DNA of 64,000 nucleotides, taken from the NCBI RefSeq assembly GCF_006345805.1, contig NC_043011.1:64368464-64432463 (forward strand), given 5' to 3'. This DNA comes from Octopus sinensis. Taxonomy: Eukaryota. Within the stretch, counting starts at the first letter, position 1; each line of letters opens with the position of its first letter. Both the position numbers and the translations under genes were made by a program. Below the pieces are notes generated by a model. It ran no database searches. It was not told the DNA's origin and was given only the letters and a program-made list of their open reading frames with translations. This document shows positions 51,120 through 64,000 of this stretch, piece by piece.

Positions 51120-54100
51120 ACACCGGGGGACGTTTACGATGTAAGAACGATAAAACTGAGCTCCTAAATCTATCCTCAAACATCGAAAATAAGGACATCG
51201 TATGGAGCCAAAGATTTGCTTACAAAGGATTGGACTGTATCCGAGTAAGTAATACTCATTGAAATTTATTACTATTTTCGAAACGAAATGATGTATTTTG
51301 ACTCGTTATCATCTCCGCCTCTAACACAACACATGTAAACATGCGTGATACATTACGATCCATCAACAACAGATCATCCCCGACCCCAAACACCATGTAC
51401 AAAGGAACTACGAAGAAATTAAATGCCACCGATACTATTCAACCCAAGAATAACAATCGAGCGGTACGTACAGTAAACCTACAACAAAAAATGTACGAAA
51501 AACTACACGTGCAAAACAATGTGACAACAGAAATAAACGGACCGGTACCCTACGAAAATGACGACCGTCAAAATAATGGGCCGGACGTGGTTCCTCATGT
51601 CCGCAAATAAAACTAAAAAGACATAAATGGACGCGTGACGGATACATTTCTATACTACACGCATACTTCACAGCAGTGCCCTACCCAAAAAATGAAAACA
51701 CAACAACACATACATATAAAATATGGAAGGAAAATAACATAAGTATAGACTTGGATACAGCAATGAACACTAATAAAATAGCTAACATATGAAGATACAT
51801 TCTCAACGCCAAAAAATTATCAGAAATAGAAATAGAACATCTAAAACAAAAAAAATACACCACGAAAATGTAGATAGAAGAAACACAACAATGCCCAATA
51901 ATATAAACACTGAAACAGTAAAACACGAAGACAAACGTAACATTCCCAACAAACACGATGTAAACAAAAAACAACAAACCCAGACCGTAAGGATGCATAA
52001 TAATACACGACAAACAGCAAGCAAAAACACCGCAAACAAACATATAATTAAGAAAGAAAGCGACACAAATCTAAAACCTGGAAACAACGAGGGGGAGGCT
52101 AATGATTATGATAATATAAAAAGTAAAATAATCAAAGAATTGAAAATTACAGAGCTCAAAATGTACCACCGACCATACCTCCCAAACATCAAAATAGACG
52201 AAAGAACAATACCAATTATAAACAGCATAAGCCTAGCCGTCACGGAACTAAAAGCCACTGAAACAAAAAGCGATATCACTGAGCTAAACGACTTAATATA
52301 CGCAGCAGCCACTGCAGCCACTGCAGCCACAAAAGAGGCTGGATAAACACTCAAACCCATCCAAACAGGAGTACCACAACCCAGAAAAACCCTATGGATA
52401 AATAACATCCAAAACAAAATACAAAAAAATGAGAAAAGATCTGTCGATTCTTAATGAAATAAGTACACAATGAAAGCTACTGAGTAACAAAAAGAAAACA
52501 AAAATACTCCGCAAATATAACATCACAGAAAAAAGATTTACCTGAGATAAAAGAAAAGCTGAAACAAGATATCCTTGCCAAAGCACAAAGTATCCGCCGG
52601 TACGAGAAACACCAGCGCTTCTCTGTGCAAAACAAACAGTTCAACTCCAACGCCAAAACGTTCTACCAAGAACATGGCAAAAATAAAATAGAAATCACTG
52701 CAGCACGAACGGCAGAGGAAGTGGAAGAATTCTGGAGAGAAATATGGTCGGCGAACGAACAACCAAAAAAAAAGTAGTATTAAAACAACAAACATAGCAT
52801 CTGAGCAACTTGAGACCCCCATAACAACTAAAGAGGTCACCCAGGCACTGCAAAGACTAAGCAACTGGAAGACACCTCGGCATGACAAGATCCCAAAATT
52901 CTGGTTGAAATATGTAACAGAAATACACAAAAAGATGGCTGAAAATTTTAACAACATGCTAGCAGAGCCAGAGATAATGCCTGAATGGTTCACGAAGGGG
53001 AAAACCATCTTAATTCCCAAATCAAATGAGACAGCAAAACCAGAAAACTACAGATAAATAACCTGTCTCCCTACAATGCTCAAGGCATTTACTGCAGTGA
53101 TATCGCACAGGTTGAACAAGCACCTGGACGAAAGCAACCTATTTTCATAAGAGCAGAAAGGATACCGCAAAGGCTCATATGGCTGAAAAGATCAGTTAAT
53201 GAGTAATAAACCCATAACTGAAGACAGCCACAGAGAGAAGAAAGATCTCACTATGGCCTGGAAAGACTACAAAAAGGCATTTGACAGCATCCCCCACACA
53301 TGGATCCTCGAAACACTAGCCATGAACAAAGTAGCACCAACAATTATAAAAAAATCATAGGGCATTCTATGAATAAATGGCAAACAGTGCTACATCTCCA
53401 AACAAAAGAGGGACTCATGAAAACCAAAGACATCCACATTAGAAGAGGAATATTCCAGGGAGACACACTCTCTCCACTCCTTTTTTCCTTGGCACTGTCA
53501 CCTCAAACTGTATGCGGATATAAATGTTACGGCAAAGCGGCTAGCCACATTTTATATATGGATGACCTAAACTATATGCTGCAAATGACAAACAGCTGGA
53601 AACACTATTAAAGACAATTCATGGATTTACCAAAAAAATAGATATGAAGTTTGGATTAGAAGAATGCGCCAAAGTAACACTGAAGAGAAGAAAACTAGTT
53701 AAGAGTAGCTACATCATACTAGATAAAACCAATGAAATAAAAGTATTAGACCAAAGCCAAACTTACAAATACTTAGGATTCCAGAAACGAGATAAGATAC
53801 AACACACACAAATGAAAGAGAAAATAAAAAGAATATCATAGACGAGTTAGATCAATACTAAAAACAGAGCTCAATGCTAAAAACATAATAATAGGTTTTA
53901 ACACTTTAGCTGTCCCAGTTATAAGTTGCAGCTACAATATCCTTAACTGGACACTAAATGAACTGACCAAAATAGATAGGAAAACAAGAAAAATAATGAC
54001 GGGATCTAGGATGCATCACCCAAAATCTGACATAGAATGGCTATATATACAACGTATAGAGGTGGTAGAAGCCTTATACAGCTGAAAAACTACTATAGAA

Positions 54101-55180
54101 TAACGACCATAGGACTGCAAATTATCTACTTCAGAAGGAAGGAAAACTGATAGCGGAAAACACGAGCGGCAAAACACGAGCAAAACAAAAACTTTTCTCA
54201 GTATTTAAGGATGCTGACAACTAACCAACAAGAATTCATACCACCTAATAAATATGAAGATGAAGAAGAAGAAGAAGATGAAGAAACAACAAAAGCTATA
54301 AAACAAATGAAATCCTAACTAAAACTAGAACAGCAAAGAACCATGATAAATCGATGTCAAGAAAAGCCCCTTCATGGTAAATACTGGACTAAAAAAACGC
54401 AAAAGAAATAGACAAAAAAAATCCCAACAATGGTTGAGAACCTCAGGACTCAAGCAGAGACAGGGGATTTTTAATTGCAGCACAAGACCAAAGACACCTC
54501 ACCAGATATTAACAAAACATGTAATGAAAACAAATATTATAAGTAACTGCAGAATATGTGGAGATGGACAAGAAACAATAAATCATATTATCTTTGGCTG
54601 CCCAGTCCTGGCTAAGCAGGAATATATTCACAGACATGACAGAGTTGGAGCCTACATACACTGGAAGCTATGACGTCATTATGGAATAACCACAGAAAAA
54701 GGATTGTATAGGCACACACCACAAAAGGTCACAGAAAACGAGAAAGCAACCATACTGTGGGATATTCCGATACACGCATATAGAGAAATTAAGGCCAACA
54801 GACCAGATCATGAAGAAAAACATGATTTCTAAATGATGTATAAGTACCGCCAGATGACAATGTGTCTCTAAAATAAATGGAGAACCTTTCAAAATACAAA
54901 GACCTGGAAATAGAAGTAACCAGAAACAATTCCTATCATAGTAGGTGCATTAGAAATGATAACAAATATTCAGACAATTACATAACAAAAACACCAAGAC
55001 TTACAAATACATATATCATACAGAAAATTGCACTACTAAATGCTGCACACATCCTACGCAGAACACATTCCATACCATAACCATCAGAGCATCACAACAA
55101 ATCACAGCACATACCCAAGACACACAGAGCTGCGCTCGATAGTGAAGTGAAAGCACGCTATAAAAATAAAACTACTGAAT
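51120..55180 (+). mobile_element. Near full-length Dong/R4-type LINE, subfamily 2, many lesions
   Basis: N-terminal region (ELNDLIYAAATA), RT (RGIFQGDTLSPLLF, LYMDDL), CCHC knuckle, REL endonuclease; TAA arrays on both sides. Confidence 0.9.
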
Positions 55181-55190
55181 AATGATGATG

Positions 55191-55247
<57 letters not shown>

Positions 55248-55398
55248 GATAATAATAATAATAGTAATGATAATAATATTAATGATAATAATAATTATTA
55301 TAATGATAACAACAACAACAATAATATTAATAATCATAATAATAATGATGATAATGATTATAATAAAGATGATAATGATTATAATAATAATAATAATA

Positions 55399-55446
<48 letters not shown>

Positions 55447-55550
55447 TAATAATATATATAATAATAATAATAATAATATAATAATTATAATTATAATATT
55501 AATATTAATAATAATAATGATGATGATGATGATGATGATGATGATGGTGA
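55181..55550. repeat. (TAA)/(GAT) array
   Basis: Directly visible. Confidence 0.95.
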
Positions 55551-55554
55551 TTTT

Positions 55555-55900
55555 ACAGTGCTTGAAAATTATCATATCTCACTCTTATGGAACTTCACCA
55601 TTCAAACTGACAGAAAGATAGATGCAAATAGGCCAGACATCATATTGAAGACTTTAGACAAAAATCATGCCTTCTCATTGATATGACTGTCCTAATCGAT
55701 ATAAACGTATCTGACATGACCTACCAAATACTGAGCAAATATGTATGCCTTGAAACTGAAATTTGCAAAACGTATAACCTCAAGACTAAAACAATACCTG
55801 TTGTCATAGGTTTCCTAGTATAGGAAAATGGGCTGATTGCTAAGTAGCTTAGATACCAGAAACCCCAAAATGGCAGAAATTCGAAATGGAATCTGCCCTA
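55555..55900 (+). mobile_element. Dong/R4-type LINE endonuclease fragment, subfamily 1
   Basis: NRPDIILK, LIDMTV; similar to 49290-49660. Confidence 0.8.
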
Positions 55901-56201
55901 CTTTCTATGTAATCTCAACTTCATTAAGAGAAATCTACATAACTTTATTATGGTTTTTTTTATTATTCTCTTGTACAATACTATTTACAAAACCAAAAAC
56001 ATGGCTTTCTAGGCATGGAGGATCAATCTTTGGATTTATCGAGCATCTTCAATGTGCTGCATCTTACAGGGACCATTCATTGTTAAAGAAATAATTGATA
56101 ATGTTGAGGGAAGTTGATAGCCGATAACATCTACGTTTAGGAATTTATTACTATGATTCTATCGAACCCTAAATTAAAACAAGCCAAGATTGTCCTTGCA
56201 G

Positions 56202-56381
56202 ATATTGAAATCTGACGGAAAGAAAAACGGACAAAATGCAAACTAGCATGCAAACTATTCCCCGCCCTTCGTAGCAGAAATAATATCAGCGATTTATAAA
56301 GTGAAAACTCTTTGATCGACACTGTTAGACTACATAAACAATATCCACAGAATGTACAATATTGGCAGCTGTTTTGAAAAG
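56202..56381 (+). pseudogene. Gene B exon 2, disrupted
   Basis: DIEI*RKEKRTKCKLACKLFPAL aligns with A's HCTEIAKESCHDAMKAYPHL (C-x7-C, first Cys reads TGA); further stops; net phase mismatch with the next exon. Confidence 0.5.
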
Positions 56382-56499
56382 GTATTGTATATAACATATG
56401 TTGTGATTTTATATATGAAATACGTTAAAAATTATATATGAAATATGTTAGATATATCACATTTTAACATTTTCTGGCAATCTCCTATTTTTCTTTTAG

Positions 56500-56684
56500 T
56501 CGATTAAAAGCTTTCGAGGGTTGTTATACGAGGAGACAATCTGCGTGTGCGAAAGAGTACAGTCTATTATCGCGCAATCACATTTTGAATTTAATTGAAT
56601 TATCTGCGTTCTTGGTTTGTTACGAGACCATGGAGTCCGCGTGTGCTGCAACAATCAGACAAATTGCGTACAAACGACTCTGTG
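56500..56684 (+). CDS. Gene B exon 3 (61 open codons; RLKAFEGCYTRRQSAC...FLVCYETMESACAATIRQIAYKRLC)
   Basis: Acceptor TTTTTCTTTTAG, donor TGTG|GTATGA, phases 2 to 1 as in gene A exon 3; conserved RL..FE.C and Y...C motifs. Confidence 0.75.
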
Positions 56685-58773
56685 GTATGACATTTTAATT
56701 AGTTACAATATAATTTCGAGAAATGTTGTATAAGAGGGAATCCCATGCAATAATAATAAACGCATTGGGAAAGGATTCGAGTTTTCAGTAAGTGTAAATA
56801 TTAGCTGAAAATAAAATCGTATTTAAGAATATTTACGCAGTTAGCCATTAGAATAATCACAGCAACTGAACTTATCATCACAGTTTTATAAAGTAATAGC
56901 ATTAAAGACCCGTCATTGCCGGGTTATAGTGCTAGTGCAAGTATATATGTATATATATATATATATGTATACATATTACATGCACATCCATATATATACA
57001 TCTACGCATAAAATACAAAATACAAAGTTATATCTTGATATCGCTAGTGATAACAATACTCAAAATATATAAGAGACTGGAATTGTTAGCCCGTCTCTTG
57101 TAATATCGATCAATTGTATCTTATCCTCCCTCTTGTATAGAAGTGTGGCTACAATCCAGCCTACCTCTACTTCGGGGAGGGCATTTAAATTTTTTTTCCG
57201 GACGTCCTACGTCCCAGATATAAAGGTATAACTTGAATATTTCCACTTTGCAATTTCGAGTCGAGTACTCCCTTGGACGCTCCGTTGACTCGAAACTTGC
57301 TTCTATTGTGGCGAATTTACCACCTCTGATTAGATACCTTTCATAGTCGCACCAAGACACGTTTCGAAGGTGCTTCCTCAATATATTCAAATCTTCTTTT
57401 TTCTCTTCATTGCATACTTTATAGACAATAGTCTTTACTTTAATTTAATTTTTTATTATCCATCTAGCCTATTCAATTTCTGCGCGCTAATTTTATTTTT
57501 AATTTATTCCCATTCATGTGAAACCACTTATTCAAGTTTAAGTCATTGATACAATTTTATACCAATTGCTATTTTTGCTTTTGTTATGTTACTATTATAT
57601 TATACTTTAGTTTGATTTTAATTATTACTTACTACATATAATTCAATTGTTATTATTTTTTTATTGTTAAAATGAAAGTATCTGAGATAAAAGAGAAAAA
57701 TGTTTTTGTTTCACTTTCAACACGTAATACTGGAACAGTGGAGAAGATATGATATTGCTATGGTCTCGCTCTAGGCAAGAAGTTGAACTTTTTTGCCCAT
57801 GAAACTACATGGACCCTAAGTAAGGCATGTGAAAATTTGAATGAAATTGGTTGTGTAGTTCTCAAGTTTTAGGTAATCATATTGGAGAAGATATGATATT
57901 GCTGCGGGCGTGCCCTAGGCAAAAAATGATTTGTTTTTGCCGATGACTCTCCTCGGACCCTAAGTAAGGCATGTTTAAAATTGGAATCAAATTGGTTGTG
58001 TAGTTCTAAAGATTTAGGGAAACACACAAACAGACAGACACACGTTCTCAGTTTTATATATATTAAGCGATAACGTAACATATTCTCGCATTAGCTATTT
58101 GATATTTAATGAGGCATTGTTTGGAAAGCCAGTCCTCAGCTAATAATCGAAAACTAACGGAAACCAAACTTTCTATTAAATCTAGCATTTAGGTATAAAT
58201 TGAATCGCAATCCTCCGCTGGGAATATGGATGATACGTTCTGGTGGGAAGTGATGGAATGCCGCGTCAGCTGATACCCGTGTGTTTCACGTAAGGATGTT
58301 ATAAATTTATATCTATATAAGTATTCGTTGTTTTATTTGTCAGTTTCACAACACATCAAATATTTGAGTTTTATGTTGAAACGTGAAGGAATTTAAAGAT
58401 CATTCCACGCAAAACATAATCCAAAAAAACCTATCTAGAATTAAGTAATATCAGTGAAATATTGCATCGATCTCATTCTAATTGTGTTATATTAAGACTC
58501 TGACACCGACTTCCAGACACATCATGAAGACTACAATATCAGACGAATAATAGAATATATCTACTTACAGTGCTTCTTTGTGTATGTTTGTGTTTCTAAG
58601 TAATATATATAGTTGAAATATACAGAAAAACGAAAGGCGAAGAGGGGTGTATAAACAGGAAGCGGTTGTATTAATTTGATACTACGGAAGGAGAGAAAGG
58701 CTTTAGCGGCAGTCAGGAGAGTCAATCTTGGCTATATATATATATGTGAGTGTAGGTGTGTGTATGTGTGGTT

Positions 58774-58831
<58 letters not shown>

Positions 58832-58837
<6 letters not shown>

Positions 58838-59152
58838 GTTATCGCCATACTAATATGGTATTCTTATAAAAATAAGAATAAACCTGTCCGCTTATTAGCT
58901 CCACGAGGCCATCGCCTTAAGTTAGCTATTTGATACACAAACTGTATCCATATAACCTTCGAACAAGGGAGGTCAGTCGCTCACACTACTTGATCGACAG
59001 CTACAGACGCGTTTCGGGGTATTGCCCCTTTATATGGATACAGTTTGTGTATCAAATAGCTAACTTAGGCGATGGCCTCATGGAGCTAATAAGCGGACAG
59101 CTTTATTCTTATTTTTATAAGAATGCCATATTAGTATGGCGATAACTATTAT
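58832..59152. repeat. Fold-back hairpin, ~124-bp arms, 74-nt loop holding a half hammerhead
   Basis: Arms align with few mismatches; the loop on the minus strand reads GGGGCAATACCCC-GAAAC-GC-GTC. Confidence 0.9.
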
Positions 59153-59382
59153 TGACCAGGAACGCTGCCGTGATCTCTTTTAGAGAGACTTAGTAATTTT
59201 AATATTTCTATTATATATATATATGGCATGCTCGCTTAGCCAGCGGGTGGCGTCATTCAAAGGCTAAAACAATGCGAACGCATTGTGACCAACGATGTGT
59301 AACAACATATGATGGTCTATTCGGTCACGTGATCACGTGATATATATATATACATAAATATATATATATATATGTATAACTA

Positions 59383-60234
59383 CAGTCTGTTTCAAAAAAT
59401 CTAATGACTGCTATTTCCTGTTCAAATGACTTCAAATGTTAACAGCATCGGTAAAAATAGGTCAAAATATTATGGTTAAAGTTTGATATGTTTTTAAGTA
59501 TAGGAATTGCATTCACTATAAATGATAATGATATTTGTGTGTTGGAATATGGTCGACCAGAGTCGAACAAGACTGTGCGGCTTACTTTGATGAAGGATTT
59601 CACTAAAAGGTCGCCAACGGCAAAGCGGTTTTGGACCTGGCTCAAAAAATTCAAAAGCGAAGGTTTTCTGTGCCGGTGGAAACGATCCGGATGAGCACTA
59701 ACATCGGACGAGACAGTCGAGGAGGCTAGCCCGAAACTCTGTGAAAGCTCCAAGATCTCCATATGAAGAACCTGTTTGGACGTCCAGATTCCGCCAATGA
59801 CAGTTTAGCTCGACCTGATGAAACCCTACAAGCTGAGGTTCATTCAGGCCATAATGGCAGACGACAAGCGACTGCGCAAACAAGGGGCTATGTGAAGGGC
59901 TTGGTCTATGCCACCCACACCCTTTCTGAAAACCTAGAGGAACTCGAGCAGAGAATCAATACCGCACTGGAGACTGTGACACAAGACATGCTGCCGAGTT
60001 TTTGGGAGGAGGTACATTACCGACATGGCGTGTGCCCTTCCTTAGGCGTTGCGAACATTGGACATTTGAGAAATTCTTCATGGAATCTATTTACATTTGA
60101 ATTCCTGATACAATTTTTGCAGGAATACGTCTATGCTGACCAAATTTAAGCCTGTTTAGTTTCAATTTCTTTTGGCTATGTAATTTCTGTGATGTTTAGA
60201 TCTCAAAAGATATTAAAGATTTTGTAACGCCCTG
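59383..60234 (+). mobile_element. Internally deleted IS630-Tc1-mariner transposon
   Basis: TA-CAG...CTG-TA ends; N-terminal CVLEYGR..SNKTV..WTWLKKFKSEG..KRSG and C-terminal GYVKGLVY..LEELEQRI. Confidence 0.75.
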
Positions 60235-60238
60235 TAGG

Positions 60239-60329
<91 letters not shown>

Positions 60330-60453
60330 TGTATATATATATATATATTTGTGTGTCTTGTGATTTATAATACGAGAGCAGTAATCTAATATATATTTCT
60401 CTTTTCCCTTACTTTTATAATAAGTTTACACCATAATATTTCTTTTTCTGCAG

Positions 60454-60497
60454 GACCTCACTAGGATGAAAATAACAATCTTCAGAAATACGACTGA
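60454..60497 (+). pseudogene. Gene B terminal exon (GPH*DENNNLQKYD*)
   Basis: Acceptor TTTCTTTTTCTGCAG; homologous to 28180-28223 with TGG changed to TAG at 60462-60464. Confidence 0.7.
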
Positions 60498-61322
60498 GCC
60501 CAGTATCTTCTGTTTATGAGTATGGTTTCAATGAATACCATTAGAGTAACACCGCTAAAATATCACATTGCTTTTCGGTTAATAATGCCTATAGTATCTC
60601 AATGAAGCAGAAATGTATCTCTTTAATCGTCCTCGCACTGACGATTAGAACTTCGCCTTTGTAAAAGACTGAGGGTAAATATATTTAAAACGAATCCTAA
60701 TTAACTGTGCAATATCATGGCAGATCTTAATGCAAATTTGTGAAGACGATCCAGTAGGCAATAAAATACGAATTCGTTACTAAAACATTCATATGACTAT
60801 TATTACATTTTATGTGTTTATACATGACGCAAATCACTGCAAAGCACATACACACACACACATTTATATTTATATAAGATAAATATAGGCTATCATGCTT
60901 TGCATACTGAATATTATCAAAGCAAATTCAACAGTGCCGCCGAATAACAATTATTAAACAGAAAAACTAAATTACAAATACTTATTTCTTTATTGCCCAA
61001 AGGAGGTTAATTAAAGTTTGGACAAACAAGAACCCGGAATGGGATTAAATCGACTACATGGACCCCAGTAATTATCTGGTACTTCCTTAATCGACCCCGA
61101 AATGAAGAAGGGCAAAATCGACTTCGGCGGAATTTGAACTCAGAACGTAACAACAGACTAGGCATAACAAATATTGCGTGAGAGAAAACAGAAACGAGAC
61201 AGAAGAATTTAGTAGATATATTGCCATTACCACGAATTTTCTAATTATCTACATTAGAGATACTTCTTATACGTTAGCTGATATTCTCACATATATGTAT
61301 AAACGCACAGACACATATATAT

Positions 61323-61360
<38 letters not shown>

Positions 61361-61363
<3 letters not shown>

Positions 61364-62240
61364 GAGGGTAAAATTAATTAATTATTAATCAATTTCACCA
61401 AGTATTCAGTATGTAAAGGGACCATTTAAGGCGAATTCAAATTATTACATTATATAAAAGGGCTTAGTAAAATAAATTACTTTGCCACATACTGAACTCA
61501 TTAGAAATAGTAGCTAAAAAAACTTTTATAAAACTATTTCTAATACTTAAAGAAAATCTCTCTCATATAGTATTTGCTGAACTCAACTCACGAAAGTATG
61601 GGGTAAAGACATTAAAAAATCAAATGCAAAGGTTATTTGAGAACGTATGTTTCAAGATTAGTCAACACGACATTTTTATCATCAGCTCAGAACTCCTTGG
61701 TTTGGATTTGAAAACACTGAAAGTGGGAGCATACCCTTTCGCTTCTTATCGCTTCTGAAGATCTGCTCGAATCTAACAGTGCCAGCAAACCCAAAATATG
61801 CAAGCGAAGAATTTCTGCTCTCCCCTTTCCACCAGCGTGGGTTAAAATCAGCAAACACTATGCTTTTTCGGTAAAATCAGAAGCATTAAATAGAGAGAGA
61901 TGAATTATAATTTCAACAATTGAGGGTAAAATTAATTAATTATTAATCAATTTCACCAAGTATTCAGTATGTAAAGGGACCATTTAAGGCGAATTCAAAT
62001 TATTACAATATATAAAAGGGCTTAGTAAAATAAATTACTTTGCCACATACTGAACTCATTAGAAATAGTAGCTAAAAAAACTTTTTTAAAACTATTTCTA
62101 ACACTATATGAGCAAAACTATATGAGAGAGATTTTCTTTAAGTATTAGAAATAGTTTAAAAAAAGTTTTTTTAGCTACTATTTCTAATGAGCTCAGTATG
62201 TGGCAAAGTAATTTATTTTACTAAGCCCTTTTATATAATG

Positions 62241-62245
<5 letters not shown>
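61361..62245 (-). mobile_element. Non-autonomous Penelope-like tandem and inverted repeat, hammerhead motif at 61639-61688
   Basis: Direct repeat with 560-bp period (61361/61921), terminal inversion ~62130-62245; sits inside a (TA)n tract that is empty in copy 1. Confidence 0.7.
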
Positions 62246-62315
<70 letters not shown>

Positions 62316-62401
62316 TATATGTGAGATGGTTTTATGTTTATATCTATATATGTATATCTAAGTATATATATGTGCGTGTATGTATATGTTATATGTATTT
62401 A

Positions 62402-62531
<130 letters not shown>

Positions 62532-63109
62532 GTATATTTGTTTGTATGTGAAATTTACAGAAAAACAAAAGATGAATTAAGTGTAGAAGGAGCGGACAGG
62601 TGTATTAGTTCGGGAAGGTGAGAAAGTATTTTACGGTTCGAGCCTTCGTACTTCGGCATGAAAGAACATGACAAATAAACATACAGAGAATTTAAAACAA
62701 AAAAAAAAAACATTTGGAGGTAGTAGTTAATCAAATACATCCTCATAGACATACGTCTATAACATTATCTGCCAAAAATTCATGATGCAATTACAATGAT
62801 TAGAGAAAGTGCAATCTCATACTAATGAAAAATCTTTCAAAATCTGTGAACCGATTGTTAATAACTCCCTATGGGATACTTCATATATATTGTTTTATAT
62901 CCAGTGAGTATTTGGGGGTTAAGTGATTTCATTTGTCGGATTTTTAAAAGCACAGATATATTAGGGCTAATACATAATACGGAAATTGTATTTGTAATGA
63001 TATTAACCCTAAAGGGCTACGTGTATCTATACCCCAGTGTCAATTTGTTGGTATGCGCTGCTCTCTCACAATGATGGCGATGATGATGACGATAAGGAGA
63101 CAAACAAGT

Positions 63110-63285
63110 AGAAGATGAAGAAGAAAAGGAAGAAGAAGAAGAAGAAAATGAAGAAGAAGAAGAAGAAGAAGAAGAAGAAGAAGAAGAAGAAGAAGAAGAA
63201 GAAGAAGAAGAAGAAGAAGAAGAAGAAGAAGAAGAAGAAGAAGAAGAAGAAGAAGAAGAAGAAGAAGAAAAAGAAGAAGAATGAC
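63110..63285. repeat. (GAA)n array (a second one at 63860-63960)
   Basis: Directly visible. Confidence 0.95.
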
Positions 63286-63372
63286 AATAATTATTATAAA
63301 TGGGGATATCACGAGCATTTCGGTCGAAGAAACTTAAGATCTTATGGGTATGTTCAAGAAGTTAGAAACGTT

Positions 63373-63480
63373 ATCTCTTATATATAAAAAATAAGAAAAT
63401 GGAGAAATACACCTTAATCAATAATCAACTACCAGAAAAGGTGTATTTCTCCATTTTCTTATTTTTTATATATAAGAGAT
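63373..63480. repeat. Perfect hairpin, 43-bp arms, 22-nt loop
   Basis: 43/43 match. Confidence 0.95.
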
Positions 63481-63646
63481 TATTAATTTGTTGTAAAACA
63501 ATTTATCTTTGCCCTTATAATGCAATAAATGAATTAATTGCATCGCAATTCTTAACATTTATGTATTAACTTTGTATTAACTTATATTAACTGGCAGTAT
63601 ATTGGATATATGTTATCCCATGGTGGGTTGCACTCACAAAACTAAC

Positions 63647-63722
<76 letters not shown>

Positions 63723-63857
63723 TATATAAAATACCTACTTCAGAAGCAAGGAAAACTGATACAAATAGCGGCAAAACACGAACAAAACATAAAATTGTTC
63801 TCAGTATTTAAGGAACCTGACAAATACAAACAAGAAATCATACCATTTAACAAATAT

Positions 63858-63888
<31 letters not shown>

Positions 63889-64000
63889 AAGAAGAAGAAG
63901 AAGAAGAAGAAGAAGAAGAAGAAGAAGAAGAAGAAGAAGAAGAAGAAAAAGAAGAAGAAGAATGTTAATATTTATTATAAATGGGGATAGCAAGCTTGAA

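Noticed and set aside
56213-56215. TGA aligned to a conserved Cys (selenocysteine?)
   Set aside because: Further in-frame TAA and TGA follow, and no SECIS was identified.
60462-60464. TAG replacing TGG could be restored to Trp by A-to-I editing
   Set aside because: Gene B also has stops and a phase mismatch in exon 2, and no nearby complementary sequence was seen; ordinary decay is simpler.

Overview
AT-rich, microsatellite-dense animal genomic DNA. The repeat families look like those I recall from Octopus, but this is inference and was not verified. About half the window is transposon debris: Dong/R4-type LINEs beside (TAA)n arrays, Tx1/L1 beside (GATA)n, RTE, CR1-like, Penelope-like remnants, Tc1, Tigger, another IS630-Tc1-mariner, SINEs and one Ty3/Gypsy element. 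Three things stand out. (1) The Gypsy element (15906-20538) is bounded by INVERTED rather than direct LTR copies, yet carries a clean 5-bp target-site duplication (AATAC). (2) A spliced plus-strand gene missed by the ORF track (exons ~20574-20622, 24704-24806, 25292-25380, 28180-28223) encodes an ~85-aa six-cysteine, probably secreted protein. A 50-bp intronic inverted copy can pair with the end of its exon 2 and the splice donor, and a diverged, probably pseudogenised paralog lies ~32 kb downstream (44401-60497). (3) A non-coding tandem-plus-inverted repeat family carrying minimal hammerhead-ribozyme-like motifs is inserted in (TA)n tracts, and at least six long fold-back hairpins occur in the window. 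All alignments and translations were done by eye. Some stretches look like error-prone consensus, so individual frameshifts are uncertain.
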